64,000 nucleotides of DNA from the human T2T-CHM13v2.0 reference genome, Homo sapiens. This document shows positions 13,450 through 29,605 of the stretch, in pieces (position 1 is the stretch's first letter; the number at the start of each line of letters is the position of its first letter). A model generated the notes under the pieces. It worked only from the letters and a program-made list of their open reading frames with translations, had not been told where the DNA came from and did no database searches. The position numbers were made by a program, and so were the translations under genes. The stretch lies in NCBI RefSeq assembly GCF_009914755.1, contig NC_060937.1; one strand, 5' to 3'.

Positions 13450-15660
13450 AAACAGAGTTAATGAACTGAAAGAGATTGTGAAGTATTGCACTCGAAATCG
13501 GCACAGTAAAACAACACAAGCATATTTTATTTAAGAAACAATAGTAGACAAAGGGAATGGATTAAAACATTATTTTATAACCAAATAGAAATTCTGTATG
13601 TTGACTCATGAACTAATGGTGAAATAGCTGAAATGATTCTGAATCCAAGGTGATCATGATAATAGTGATGATGAAGAAGACATTGTTAACATCGCAGAAA
13701 AATCCCTATAAGCAATGTGATGAAAAAGTGTGAATGAAGACTGAAAAATATTTAAAATTCAATGGATTAACAACTCAGTATTTTGCAGAAATGAGGAAAG
13801 AAAGAATGCTCAGATCAAAAGCCCATCCCAATTCACAAGTAGAATGGATGAAGATACCACAATACATAGTTACATCACAGTGAACTCCTAGAATATTGAC
13901 GTTCTTGGAAAAATCTTAATAGTTATCAGAAAATAAACGTTATTTATAAAGAAAAAATAATCAGGTAAATAACAGATGATTCAGTAAAAATCAAATTGAA
14001 AAGTACAGAGGCTAAACTGCAAATTAGAATGAATAAAACAACTCATTTGACAGTGAGAAAAACTTTTCTATTTTAAGATATGAAGGATTAGTTCAGGAGG
14101 AAGAAGGTCCAAATGAAACCTGTGGTAAACAAGAGATTATAGTTGACTATTTTCTATAAGATATATTATTTACTGTGATTTGTAAAGGGCAAAATTCATA
14201 ATCTGATAAGAAATTATAATGGAATATAAAAGCAGTAAAGGAGAAAAATAGAAGAAGATGACTATAAACTGACAAAGAAAGTATAAATTATATCAAAAAC
14301 ACCAATATGAGTAAAATGATTTAGATTATGCGATTGGAGAAAATAAAATACAGGTATATGCTGTTTACAAGAGACAGTCTTACAATAAAGAAAAAAAAAA
14401 CTACCCAGGAAGATTGGAAATAAAGGGAAGGTAAAATATCTATTATAGAAAAGCTCAAATCACTGAAAAGTTATAAAAATTACTTGTTTAACAAATATTT
14501 ATATGCTGCTATGTGCCAGGCTGGGAATATAGAAATAATCAAAAGAGAGACAACTCCCTGCCCTTGTGGATCTTATATTCTGGTAGAAAGCATCTAGTAC
14601 ACAAAGTTGGCAGAATTACAAGGAGAAATTGACAGATTACACATTGCATGTCTATCAGAAAACTAATATGTGTAACTAATGCTTAATGGAGAAATCACAA
14701 TGACTATTTCTATATGTTTAGTTTGAACAAAAAATTTTAAAAATTGTGGGATACAGCTTCGAGTTCTCACAGAAAACAAATGTCAATACAATTGGATGAT
14801 TTGAGGATGGTAATTTACAAAGGCACTATTTAGAAAGGGGTGGGTTTAGGTGAAATCTTCAGGAATCCTTGGACATACCCCAAGCTAAGATCAGTAAACT
14901 TGTCACCGTGCCTAGAACAGAAGGGAGCAGGAGAGAGAGCAATTTCCAGATTCTGTTGAGAAGAAATCATTGAAAAGGCTGCCTTGGGAAGTCCATACGT
15001 TCAGCGGGGAGACACACTAGCCTAACGGGATCTTGCAAGAAAGAAACCAGTGGTGTAAATCCCCTGAACTTACTCTCCTTCCTGCCCTGCCTCTGGTCTC
15101 TTCCAAAGCCTGACATTGGCCAGCTCAACTGGAATCCTTAAAGCAAAGGGTTGTTTGAAGTCATTTGTTCAGATCAATCTGCAGGCTGTAAGCCAAAGGG
15201 AGGAAAGGTATCAAGTGCTCTTTAGAAGAAAAGTTGTAACTTGAAGTTAATTGATTTTACATATCAGGATGAACATAATGAGTTAAATTTTGAACTCAAG
15301 AATATAAAGAGAATAGAGTAAATCTGGAGAAGGCAAAACAATAATGATGATCAAGGTGAAGGAGAGATTAAAAGACACAGGTAATAAAAATTTTACAAAC
15401 CATGGTTAAAAGCAATAAAGAAAAACAGCAAAAATCTGTGCTTTGAAGAAAAAAATATAAGCACTCTTTTAGCAATAATAATTAAAGAATGAAAGTGGAA
15501 AATTTTCCCAGAAAACCATTTTTACTAACATTAACTTAAGAAATACAAAGCCTTACAAAATCAATAACAATTAAAACATTGAATCAATTATCAAAGTCTC
15601 CACTCCAAAAGACACCATGCCCTAGACACCATCTTTGAGGTGTTTTTATCATACCTTCAA
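13450..15660 (+). mobile_element. Highly diverged L1M ORF1/ORF2 fragments, with L2 (~14485-14590) and probable LTR pieces interspersed
   Basis: A-rich L1-like text (tatatgctgtttacaagagaca; aaggagaaattgaca; aaaattgtgggatacagct). L2 3' end motif aacaaatattt...tatgtgccagg...ccctgcccttgtggatcttatattctggtag. Confidence 0.5.
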
Positions 15661-16609
15661 GGATTAGAGAGAACAAAACAAGAAAGTAAGATATGATGGC
15701 CGAGACAGCTAGCTGACTACTCTTTCTCCCACACCAAGAATCTGTTATTTCTGATGTCTTCATTTGTAGAAATTTTATCTGGTTACAGAGTTGCTCAACT
15801 AAAAATGAAAATTCCCAGATATTATTTCAGCTAGGTGTACTATGTAATAGATTCTGGTGAATGGGATGTGAGTTACTATAATATGTAGAACTTTTAGCAT
15901 GTGTTTTTAAATGTAAGGGAATGTGCCCTTCTTTTCTTCCATATCTTGTCCTCAATTGCGAGGATGCGGACACAGTTGTCACAAGTGGAGCAGCAATTTT
16001 ATACTACAAGACGAAATCCTAAATTGCAGAAACCAGAGCAACAAGGTAGAGCCTATAATGCCAACAGTGTGGAACTGCAATATCAATCCTGGTCTTTATA
16101 TGAGGGAGGAGTGTCTGTGTTTTTGAAGCTTTTATTACCTTGGACTTTGTCATAGTAACTTGATCAACATTTGGTAACGGAAGAGGAATATTGCCTTAAC
16201 AGCTAACCGATTAACTCGATGGTTGGGTACAGGCAGAGAACACGTTACTGTGGCAAAATATTTGGTGAGAATTGTGCCTTGAAGGGGAGACAAAATGTGT
16301 TGAGAATACATTTCAATTTCATGTAACTGGTTGGAAAATCAAAGCATGTTGGTAGATATAAGTGACTACTTAAAATTTTTAGCAAAGTTCCCTGCGAGAA
16401 ATTAGCTCAGGGTGTTGACTTTTTGTAATAAGGCCTCCTTACAATAGGTAAGATTTTGGCCCTGAGCTCTGGGCTCTTCTCAAGGGCATCATATTGAGGC
16501 CTCCTTGCCAAACAATGGGAACCAATGCACTAGCATAGATCATACTAAGAAGGTTGCCCCAACCTCAAGGTGACCTCAAAGTAGCCACCATTGTTTAAAG
16601 AGAGAGATA

Positions 16610-16932
<323 letters not shown>

Positions 16933-17339
16933 TCAGATCATTGAGAGTAACAACCACTTGTAGCTAAACTCCTGCTATGACAAGCAAGAAAATGAGAAAA
17001 CTGCATGAAGTATAGGAATAAAAAAACTATCTTCAGGCATCAGCCTACAGCCAGTGTAGAACTGTGACCCCTGAGGAGAACATCAAATAAGGGAGGAATT
17101 TAAAATTTGCCAAGCTTTCTGCCTGGAAGCAATTTTCAGACTGCAGCCCTGAGAAGGGCATCCCAGAGTGCCCAGTGATGTCTGGAGTACAGGAGACAGA
17201 ATGAGGAGTTGGGAGAGGCTAAGACAGATAGAACATATGAGGAGACCACCTGAGAGAAGAAGAAAGGCATCTGAGAAATCTGTGTAGGGTCCCTAGTAGT
17301 CTTTGACTGAATATGAATCTTTGTATGCATACAGTGCAA

Positions 17340-18335
17340 ACCCATAAGGCTAAAAATTGATAGAACTGCCAACAGAAATAGAAAAATCCACAACTATAAT
17401 TGAGTATTTTAATAGCCCTCTCTAAAAATGGATATGAGAATTGAAGAGAAATTAGCAGAAACATAAAAACACTATAAACAAATTTGACCTATTAGCATTT
17501 ATAGACTATGTTATATAATAACAGCAGAATATACAGTATATACAAAGGAACAGGAAATATTTACCAGATGAACTATATTCTGGGTCACAAAATAAGTTTG
17601 GACAACTTTTAAATAATTATTTTTAAACAGAATATATTCTCTGACCCTGTAATAGAATTAAATTAGAAATCAACAACAAAGACCTCTAGAAAATTCCTAA
17701 ATATTTTGAAAGTAAATCATTAACATAAATAATCAATGGATCAGAAAAGAAATCAAAAGGATACTTAAAAATCTGTTTTGAACCAAATGAAAGTGAAAAC
17801 ATAGAGTATAAAATTTTGTGAAATGGTTCAAAAAGGGCATACGGTACTTTTCATAGTACTGAAATACTATGTTGGAAAAGTAGACCTTATGATAGGTCTG
17901 CTAAATGACTAAAGTTATCACCTTAAGATACTAGAAAAAGTAGATGATAGGAATCCCAAACAATGAAGAACAAAGGAAATTTAAAAATGAGTGAAATTAA
18001 CTAAATAGTAAACAAGCAACAATAAATCAATGAAACTTAAAAACTCATTTTTTGTGAAGACCAATACAATGAAAAAACTAACAGTCAGATTTATCACAAT
18101 AAAAAGAGAAAAAAGAGAGAGAAGGTACAAATTGTCAGTATCAGGAAAAAGAGTGCTTATCTCACTACAGATTCTACAGATACTTACAGGAAAATAAAAG
18201 AATATAAGAAACAATATTTTGCCAATTAATTTAAATGTTTAGATTAAATGGATGGACAATTTTCTTTTGCAAGAGACAAACTACCAAAGCTCACTAAAGT
18301 GAAAATAGATAAACTGAATTGCCCTGTATTTTAAA
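17340..18335 (+). mobile_element. Old L1M ORF2 (endonuclease-proximal) fragment
   Basis: acagcagaatataca, aattaaattagaaatcaacaac, aaatgaaagtgaaaacat, cactacagattctacaga, aaatagataaactgaattgccctgtat are L1 ORF2-like but strongly diverged. Confidence 0.7.
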
Positions 18336-19537
18336 AGTCATTTTTAAATAGCTTGAGATATAATTTATATTCGATGTAATTTGCTTAAGTATAAAAATCA
18401 AGGTTTTCCAGAATATTCATAGAGTTGCATAATCATAATTAATTTTAAAACATTTTTGTCACTTCAGAAATAAACCCCAACCTCATTAGCAGTCATTTTC
18501 CATTTCCCTCCCAACTCCTAGACTGAAGCAACTGCAAATCTACTCTTCTTTTTTCTACAGATTTTCTTATTCTGGACTTTTTTCTATAAAGAATTATAAA
18601 ATATGGTCTTAGGTGGCTCTTGTTGATGGAAATTTGGTTTGTTTCTACTTTTTGGCTATTATGAATAATACAGCTATAAATATTCATGTACAAGGTTTGA
18701 TATGGACACTTATTTTTACATATTTTTTATTTTTCTGGAGTGTATTCTTAGGAATAGAATTGCTAGGTCATATGGTAACTCTATGTTTAACAGTTTGAGG
18801 ACATTTCATGCTGTTTTCCAAAGTAGCTACTATTTTAAATTCCCACTAGCAATTCATGATGGTTCTAGTTTCTTCACATCCTTGTCAAAACTTGTTCTTT
18901 TCTGCCTTTTTTTATTTTGGCCATCCTACTGGGTGTGAAGTGGTATCATATTGCAATTTTGATTGCAATTCCCTAATGGATAAAACATCGAACAACTTTA
19001 CTTATGCTTATTGGCCATTTTTATATCTTATTTGAAAACAATGTTTATTCAGATTCTTTCCTCATTTTAAAATAAATTATCTTTTAATTATTGAGTCCTG
19101 AGAGTTCTTTATATATCTTGAATAAAAGTCTATTATCAGATATATGATTTGAAAATATTTTATCCCATTTTATGATTGTCTCTTCACTTTCTTGATGGTG
19201 TTCTTTGAATCACAAATTTTTTAAATTTTAATGGAGTCCAATTTATCTATTTTTTATCATGTTGACAATTTTTCTTTTGTATTCCCATCAAAGAAGCCAT
19301 TACCTATTCCCAGGCCACAAAGATTTACTTCTGTATTTTTTCCTAAGAATTTTATAGTTTTAGCTTTTACATTTAGGTCTATTATGAATTTTGAGTTGTT
19401 TTACATATGTTGTGAGGTGGGGGTCCAACTTCGTTTTTATTTTGCGTATGAATACCCAGTTGTCCCAGCATCATTTGTTGAGACCATTCCTGATCATTAA
19501 ATCATTTTTGGCACACTTGTCCACAATTAATTGACCA

Positions 19538-19845
19538 GGCTGGGCGTGGTGGCTCACAACTTCACTCCTGTAATCCCAGCACTTTGGGAGGCTGAGGCAG
19601 ACGGATCACCTGAGGTCAGGAGTTTGAGACCAGCTTGGCCAACATGGCAAAACCCAGTCTCTACTAAAAATACAAAAATTTGCTGGGCGTGGTGGCAGAT
19701 GCCTGTAATCCCAGCTACTCAGGAGGCTGAGGCAGTAGAATTGCTTGAACCTGGGAGGGGGGTGGAGGTTGCAGTGAGCTGAGATGGCACCACTGCACTC
19801 CAGCCTGGGGAATAGAGCTAGATTCTGCCTCCCCTGCAAAAAAAA
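19538..19845 (+). mobile_element. Alu (AluSx/Sz-like)
   Basis: Full dimer with TSD aattaattgacca on both sides; small insertion after gctcac. Confidence 0.95.
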
Positions 19846-20059
19846 AATTAATTGACCATAAATATGAGGGCTTTTTAGTGGACGCTTTATCATATTCCAT
19901 TGATCTTTGTGTTCACCTCTATCCCTATACCACACTGTACACTGTACTATTGTAGCTTTATAAGTTTTAAAATTGGAAAGTATGAGTCATCTAAATTTGC
20001 TTTTTTTTTAAGATTATTTTGACAATTCTTGGTCCTTTGCTGAATTTCTATAATTTTAT

Positions 20060-20822
20060 CTTGCCTCAGCATTCATTTTGAATATAAATTAGACTCCCAT
20101 ACCAGAAGCAGACCATAGTCATCTCTGACACAGTTTTCCTTCTCCACCTCCTCTCACTTCCTCAATGTGGCCAATCTAAATATCTGTCTTACAGGGGAGG
20201 AAACAGCTAGGTACTACTTACTTACTCACTGCACTGGCCCCCACCCCTGTATGAACTGCATAGATATGCTGCAGTGATCACCTCTCAGTCACAGTATGAT
20301 TCCACATAACTTGTGCCTGCTTGCTGTAAACCCACCAGTTAGAAATCCTTGTGGGAAATCTGCCTATGTAACACCTTGCACTGCAATTAAGGCATTGGCC
20401 CAGAGGTACCTGCCTCTGTCTTTCTTGCTCCTCATCTTCTGGTTGAGTGTGTATCCCAGATAGCTCTCCCCTTCCCATTGGCCCCATGAGGCATGCTGCT
20501 CTCTTCTCTCTATGATCGGTAGGTAATAATCTGTTTCTGTTATTTCATGTGTTTTGTTGCTTTGCCTCCTCTTTGTTTCACCTGACAGGCATACTGAAAC
20601 ATAGATTTTTCTCTGGTAAGGGCTCTCCTAAAGAGTAGGAATAAACTGAACACAGGTCGGACAAGAGACACAGTGTGCCTGCCAATGTGAGCAAGTTTCC
20701 TGTGAGAGGTACACCTGGTCATGGGTCAGCCACTTAGGCACAGGCCATCTGCCAGGATGAAGAAGCATCACATAAAAGGCACACTGTAAGTATCCATGAC
20801 CAGATCCCCTGGAGCCCCATCA
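20060..20822 (+). mobile_element. ERV1-class LTR (MER50-like, subfamily uncertain)
   Basis: GC-richer block interrupting the L1, with caagtttcctgtgagaggtacacctggtcatgggtcag...aaaggcacactgtaa...cccctggagccccatca resembling remembered MER4-group LTR text. Confidence 0.5.
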
Positions 20823-21002
20823 AAACCAAATTAGAAACCCCTGGAGCCCACTTCAAAACCAAATTAGAAAGAAAAAACATTATGACACTTGCTTTTCCAT
20901 ACAAGTTCTAGATTCAACTTGTCAAATTAAAAAAAAAACAACAAAAAAAAAAACAAATTTTGTTAGGGAATGCATTGAATTTGAAGATCAATTTAGGGAT
21001 TT

Positions 21003-23726
<2,724 letters not shown>

Positions 23727-24279
23727 GGAGTATTACCATCTTAACAATATTAAGTATTCTGATTAATGACCTTGACATGTATTTTCATTTATTTAGGTTT
23801 TCTTTAAGTTCTTTCAAGAGTGTTTTGTAGCTTTCAGTGTGAAAATTTTGTAGTAATTCTGTTAAATTTTCCCTAATTATTTTATTCTTTTTAATGCTAT
23901 TATAAATATAACTGTATTCTTAATTTCATTTTTGAATTGTTCATTACTGGAGTATAGAACTACAGTTCATATTTATGTATTCATCTTGTAACCTGCAACA
24001 CTGGTGAAATTGTTTATTAGTAGACTTCTTGTGGATTCCTTTTGATTTTCTATATACATCATCATGATATAGACAAATCATGATAATTTATTTTACTTCT
24101 TTCTTTCCCATTTGAATGCCTTTTTAAAAATCTTTCTTGCCTAGTTGTCCTGTCCAGAGCTTCCTCTTCAACTATTAATAAATGTGGTAAGAACAGGAAT
24201 CCTTATGATGTTCCTGATTTTAGGTGGAAAGCATCAAGTCTTTCACCCTTAAGGTAGCTTAATGAAGTCAGCTGTGAGG

Positions 24280-24306
24280 GGTGTGTGTGTGTGTGTATGT
24301 GTGTGT
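24280..24306. repeat. (GT)n microsatellite, interrupted
   Basis: gtgtgtgtgtgtgtgtatgtgtgtgt. Confidence 0.95.
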
Positions 24307-24359
24307 AAAAGAGTGGAACATCACTTAAAAACTTTTCCGTAAAGAAAACACCAGGTCTA

Positions 24360-26730
24360 CAGAGGAATTCACAGCTGAATTCTACCAGATGTACAAAGAA
24401 GAGCTGGTACCATTCCTACTGAAACTGTTCTAAAACATGGAAAAGGAGACACTCTTGCTAACTCATTCCGCAAGGCCAGCATCATCCTGATACCAAAGAC
24501 TGGCAGAGATACAAGAAAAACAGAAAACTTCAGGCCAATATCCCTGATGATCATCGATGCAAAAATCCTCAACAAAATACTGGCAAACAGAATCCAGCAG
24601 CACGTAAAGAAGCTTATCCATCAAGATCAAGTCAGTTTCATTCCCAGGATGCAAGTTTGTTTCAACATATGCAAATGAACAAATGTGATTCATCACATAA
24701 ACGGAACTAAATACAAAAACCATATGATTATCTCAGTAGATGCAGAAAAGGCTTTTGATAAAATTCAACATTCCTTCATGTTAAAAACTCTTGATAAACT
24801 AGTTATTGAAGGAACATACCTCAAAATAGTAAGAGCCATCTATGACAAACCCACAGTCAACATCATATGGAATGGGCAAAAGCTGGAAGCATTCCCCTTG
24901 AAAACTGGCACAAGATGAGGATGTCCTCTCTCACCACTCCCATTTAACATAGTATTGGAAGTTCTGCCCATGAGAATCAAGCAAGATAAAGAAATAAAAC
25001 GCATTCAAATAGGAAGAGAGGAAGTCAAACTATCCCTGTTTGCAGATGACATGATTTTATATCTAGAAAACCCCATAGTCTCAGCCCCAAAGCTTCTTAA
25101 GCTAATAAGCAACTTCATCAAAGTATCAGCATACAAAATAAATGTGCAAAAATCAATAGCATTCCTGCACACCAACAACAGTCAAGCTGAGAACCAAATC
25201 ACAAACTCCCATTTACAATTTCCACAAAAGGAATAAAATACCTTGGAATAAGGCTAACATGGGAGGTGAAATGTCTCTAAAAGGAGAACTACAAAACTCT
25301 GCTCAAATAAATCAAGGATGACACAAAGAAATGGAAAAGCATTCCATGCTCATGGATAGAAAGGATAAATTTTGTTAAAATGGTCATACTACCTAAAGCA
25401 ATTTATAGATTCAGTGCTATTCCCATTAAACTATCATTCACATTCTTCACAGAAGTAGAGAAGAGTATTTAAAAATTCATGTGGAACCAAAAAGGAGCCT
25501 GAATAGTCAAGGCAATCCTAAGGGGGAAAAAAAAAACAAAGCTGGAGGAATCATGCTAGCCAACTTTGAACTATACTACAGGGGTACAGTAACCAAGACA
25601 GCATGGTACTGATACAAGAACAGACACATAGACCAATGGAACAGAATAGAGAAATCAGAAATAAGACCACACACCTATAACTCTCTGGTCTTTGACAAAC
25701 CTGACAAAAACAAGCAACAGGGAAAGGATTCACTGTTTATAAATGGTGCTGGGATAAGTGGCTAGCCATATGTGTAAAATTGAAACTTGACCCTTTCCCT
25801 ACATCATATGCAAAAATTAACTCAAAATGGATTAAAGACTTAAATGTAAAACCCAAAACTGTGAAAACCCTGGAAGACAACCTAGTTAATACCATCCAGG
25901 GCACAGGCATGGGCAAATATTTCATTGCAAAAATGCCAAGAGCAATTGCAACAAAAGCAAAAATTGACAAATGGGATGTAGTTAAACTAAAGAGCTTCAG
26001 AACAACAAAATAAACTAACAGGGTAAACAGACATCTTATTGAACAGGAAAGAATTTTTGCAAACTATGCACCTGACAAGGTCTTATGTCCAGCATCTATA
26101 AAGAACTTAAACAAATTTACAAGAAAAAACAACCCCATTAAAAAGTGGGCAAAGGACATGAACAGACACTTCTCAAAAGAAGACACACACATGGTCAACA
26201 AGCATATGAAAAAAAGTTCAACATCACTGATAATTAGGGAAATGCAAATCAAAACCACAATGAGATACCATCTCACACCAGTCAGAATAGCTATTATTAA
26301 AAACTCAAAAAATAAGAAATGCTGGCCAGGTTGTGGGGTTTTTAAAATATTTTTAACACAGGGTCTCATTTTATTTCCCAGGCTGGAGTGCAGTGGCTCC
26401 ATTTTGGCTCATTGAAACCTCTGCCTCCCAGGCTCAAGCTATCCTCCCACCCCAACCTCCCAAATAGGTGGGTCTTCAGGCATGCACTACCATGCCCAGA
26501 CAATTTTTATATTTTTTTGTAGGAGAAAAAGGAATGCTTATACACTGTTGATGGGAGTGTAAATTAGTTCAACCATTGTGGAAAACAGTGTGGCAATTTC
26601 TCAAACACCTAAAAACAGAACTATCATTTGACCTAGCAATCCTATTACTGGGTATATACCCAAAGTTCTGTCAGAAAGACACATACATGTGTATGTTCAT
26701 TGCAGCACTATTCGCAGTAGCAAAGACATG
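24360..26730 (+). mobile_element. Older primate L1 (L1PA13-16/L1PB-like) ORF2 segment without its own poly-A
   Basis: RT-domain ORF fragments ([17 protein letters not shown]; [16 protein letters not shown]; [13 protein letters not shown]) interrupted by stops. Confidence 0.88.
26340..26522 (-). mobile_element. Old Alu right arm (AluJ/FRAM-like)
   Basis: cagggtctc...cccaggctggagtgcagtgg...aggctcaagctatcctcccac...ttttttgtag inserted in the L1 ORF2. Confidence 0.85.
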
Positions 26731-26950
26731 AACATTCAAGCAGCTTTATTTGTAACAGCTAAAATGTTAAAACAAACCTCATACCCATCAACAAGTACAC
26801 AAACTCTGCTATAAAAGTACAATTGAATATTACTTAGCCAGACAAAATGAATGAACTATTTGTGCACACAACAATATGAGTCTCAAAAGTTATCTTCAGA
26901 AAATACACTGAGAATAAGATATATTGTATGACTCTATTTTTATAAAAGTC

Positions 26951-27408
<458 letters not shown>

Positions 27409-27502
27409 TCAAAGGTTCATGTGTGTGTGTCAAACTTATCAAGTTGTACATGTTACATATGTATAGTTTATTCTGTATCACTTCTTACTAAATATCAAAA
27501 AC

Positions 27503-27876
27503 TGTATTTCTATGGTCTGAATGTTGATGTGTCTTCCAAATTCTTATGCTGTGACCCAGTACACAATGTGATAGTATTAAGAAGTGAAGCCTGATTAAGT
27601 CAAGAGGTCTTCAACATTGTAAATGGAATCAATGTCCTTATAAAAGAGGCTGAGTGAGACACTTTCCCCCTTCCGTCATGTGAGGACATAGCTTAAAAGG
27701 TACCCTCTTGATGCAGGGGGTGAGCCCACACCAGACACTGAATTTGCTTGCACTTCACCTTGATCTTGAAATTTTCAGGTTTCAGAACTGTTTGCAGTAA
27801 ACTTCTATTTTTTGTAAATTACCCAGTCTAAGGTACATTTTTATAGCAGGCATAGTGTCCACAAGGGCTGGACTGT
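27503..27876 (+). mobile_element. MaLR solo LTR (MLT1A/MSTD-like)
   Basis: tatggtctgaatgtt...gtgtcttccaaattc...ccttataaaagaggc...ttgatcttgaa.tttcag..ttcagaactgt...aaattacccagtct. Confidence 0.75.
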
Positions 27877-28104
27877 GTATACATATATAATCTTATATAA
27901 TATGTATATATTTTAAGAGGCAGTGTCAGACTTGATGATAAATCAAGGTTTAATTATATGCTTTCAATAAGAGAAAACTTTAGGTTTAAAGTAACAGAAC
28001 TTTGAATGTAAAAGCATGGAAAGTTATAACAGGCTAACCAGAACTATATGGGAGCTGGAGCAGCTATATCATTATCAGACAAAATAGACTTTAATATGAG
28101 AAGT

Positions 28105-28540
28105 GTTGTTACCAGAGGTTTGGTCCAGGTCCCATTGCTTGCGGCACAGAAAGCCAATCACTGAGAGGACAAGTATTACCAGGGAAGAAGGCTTTACTAT
28201 TTTATGGGTGATGTCAGCCAGAGAGAAGGGAGCAAAACCTCAAATCCGCCTTCCTTCTCCGACCAAAGTTAGGTTTTTGTATAGCAAAGAAGGAAAACAG
28301 GAGGGACAAGGAAGAGGAGTTGATCAACAGGCAGCAGTGGTCCAGCATAGCACTGTAACCACATGCAGAAAGGCAGAAGTAGGGAGGGAGGAGAAAGGAA
28401 TTGATCAACAGGCAATTGATTCTTCTTATTGTCCAGGTGCAGTGATCTGGAAATCCTTACCTCCCTGAAATCATCTGGGAGGTCTGATGTTCAGTTTTCT
28501 GAGAAAAGGTGCAAGTTTAAAATTGGGCCAACTTCAGTGT
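28105..28540. mobile_element. ERV1-like LTR fragment (MER31-like, uncertain)
   Basis: Non-L1 block (agaaagccaatcactgagaggacaagtattaccagggaagaaggcttt) interrupting L1 ORF2. Confidence 0.45.
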
Positions 28541-29605
28541 TACTAGAGAAAAAGAGAGACATTGACAATGATGAAAGAGTTAATATATCAGGGATCTAAT
28601 AACAAGTACCTATGCATATGCACCTAACAACAGAGTTTCAAATTACATGAAGTAGAAATTTTTAGAATTAAAAGAGAAATTGACAACTCAACCTTCAGTA
28701 TGGAGATTTGAATCCAGCTTTCTCATAGTTGACAGGAGAATTAGGCAGAACAAATTAAGGGTATAGAAGACTTGAACACTTTCAGTTACCTCAATCTAAT
28801 TGTCATTTATAGAATGCTCCACTAAATAATAGCAGAATACACATACTTTTCAATATGCCTGGAATATTCTCCTGGGTAGAACATATGCTAAACTCCATGA
28901 CAAATTTTAATAAGTTAAAATACATTAAAATCATGCCAAAAATATGTTCTCTGAATAAAATGAAACAACTGAATTAAATTTGAGACTCCTCAAATATTTG
29001 CAAACTAACCAATATGCCTCTAAAAAACTAATTAGAATAATTTACAAGGTAAATAAGAAAATATTTTGAATTTAATGAAAATGAAAACAGCATATCAAAA
29101 TCTATGAATGGCTTTTAGAGAAGTGTTCAAAAGAAAATTTAGAGCATTAAACACTTAGAAAAAAAGAAAGATTTAATATTAATTATCTAAGCTATAACTT
29201 CAATAATAGAAGAGAAGAGCAAATTATATGCATAGTAAATAGCAAGAAGGAAGTAATCAGAAATGAAATAATTAAAGTAAATAAAGATGGAAAAATAATG
29301 GTGAAAAACAATAAAATCATAGTTAATCCTTTACAAAATTTAAAAAAAATATAGCTTCATCTAGACTTACCAAAAAAAGTGAAAAAACATATATTACCAA
29401 AATCAGAAATAGAAGAGGGTACATCTGTAACAACTTTACAAGAATGAAAATGATTATAAAGAAACACTATGAATGACTGATGCCAATACATTAGACAACA
29501 TTGGAAAAAATTTATAGGAAGACATAAGTTACCTAAAATATTTCAAGAAGGAAAGGAAAATCTCAGTAAATCTGTATTCAGTAAACTAAATTAATAATTA
29601 AAATC

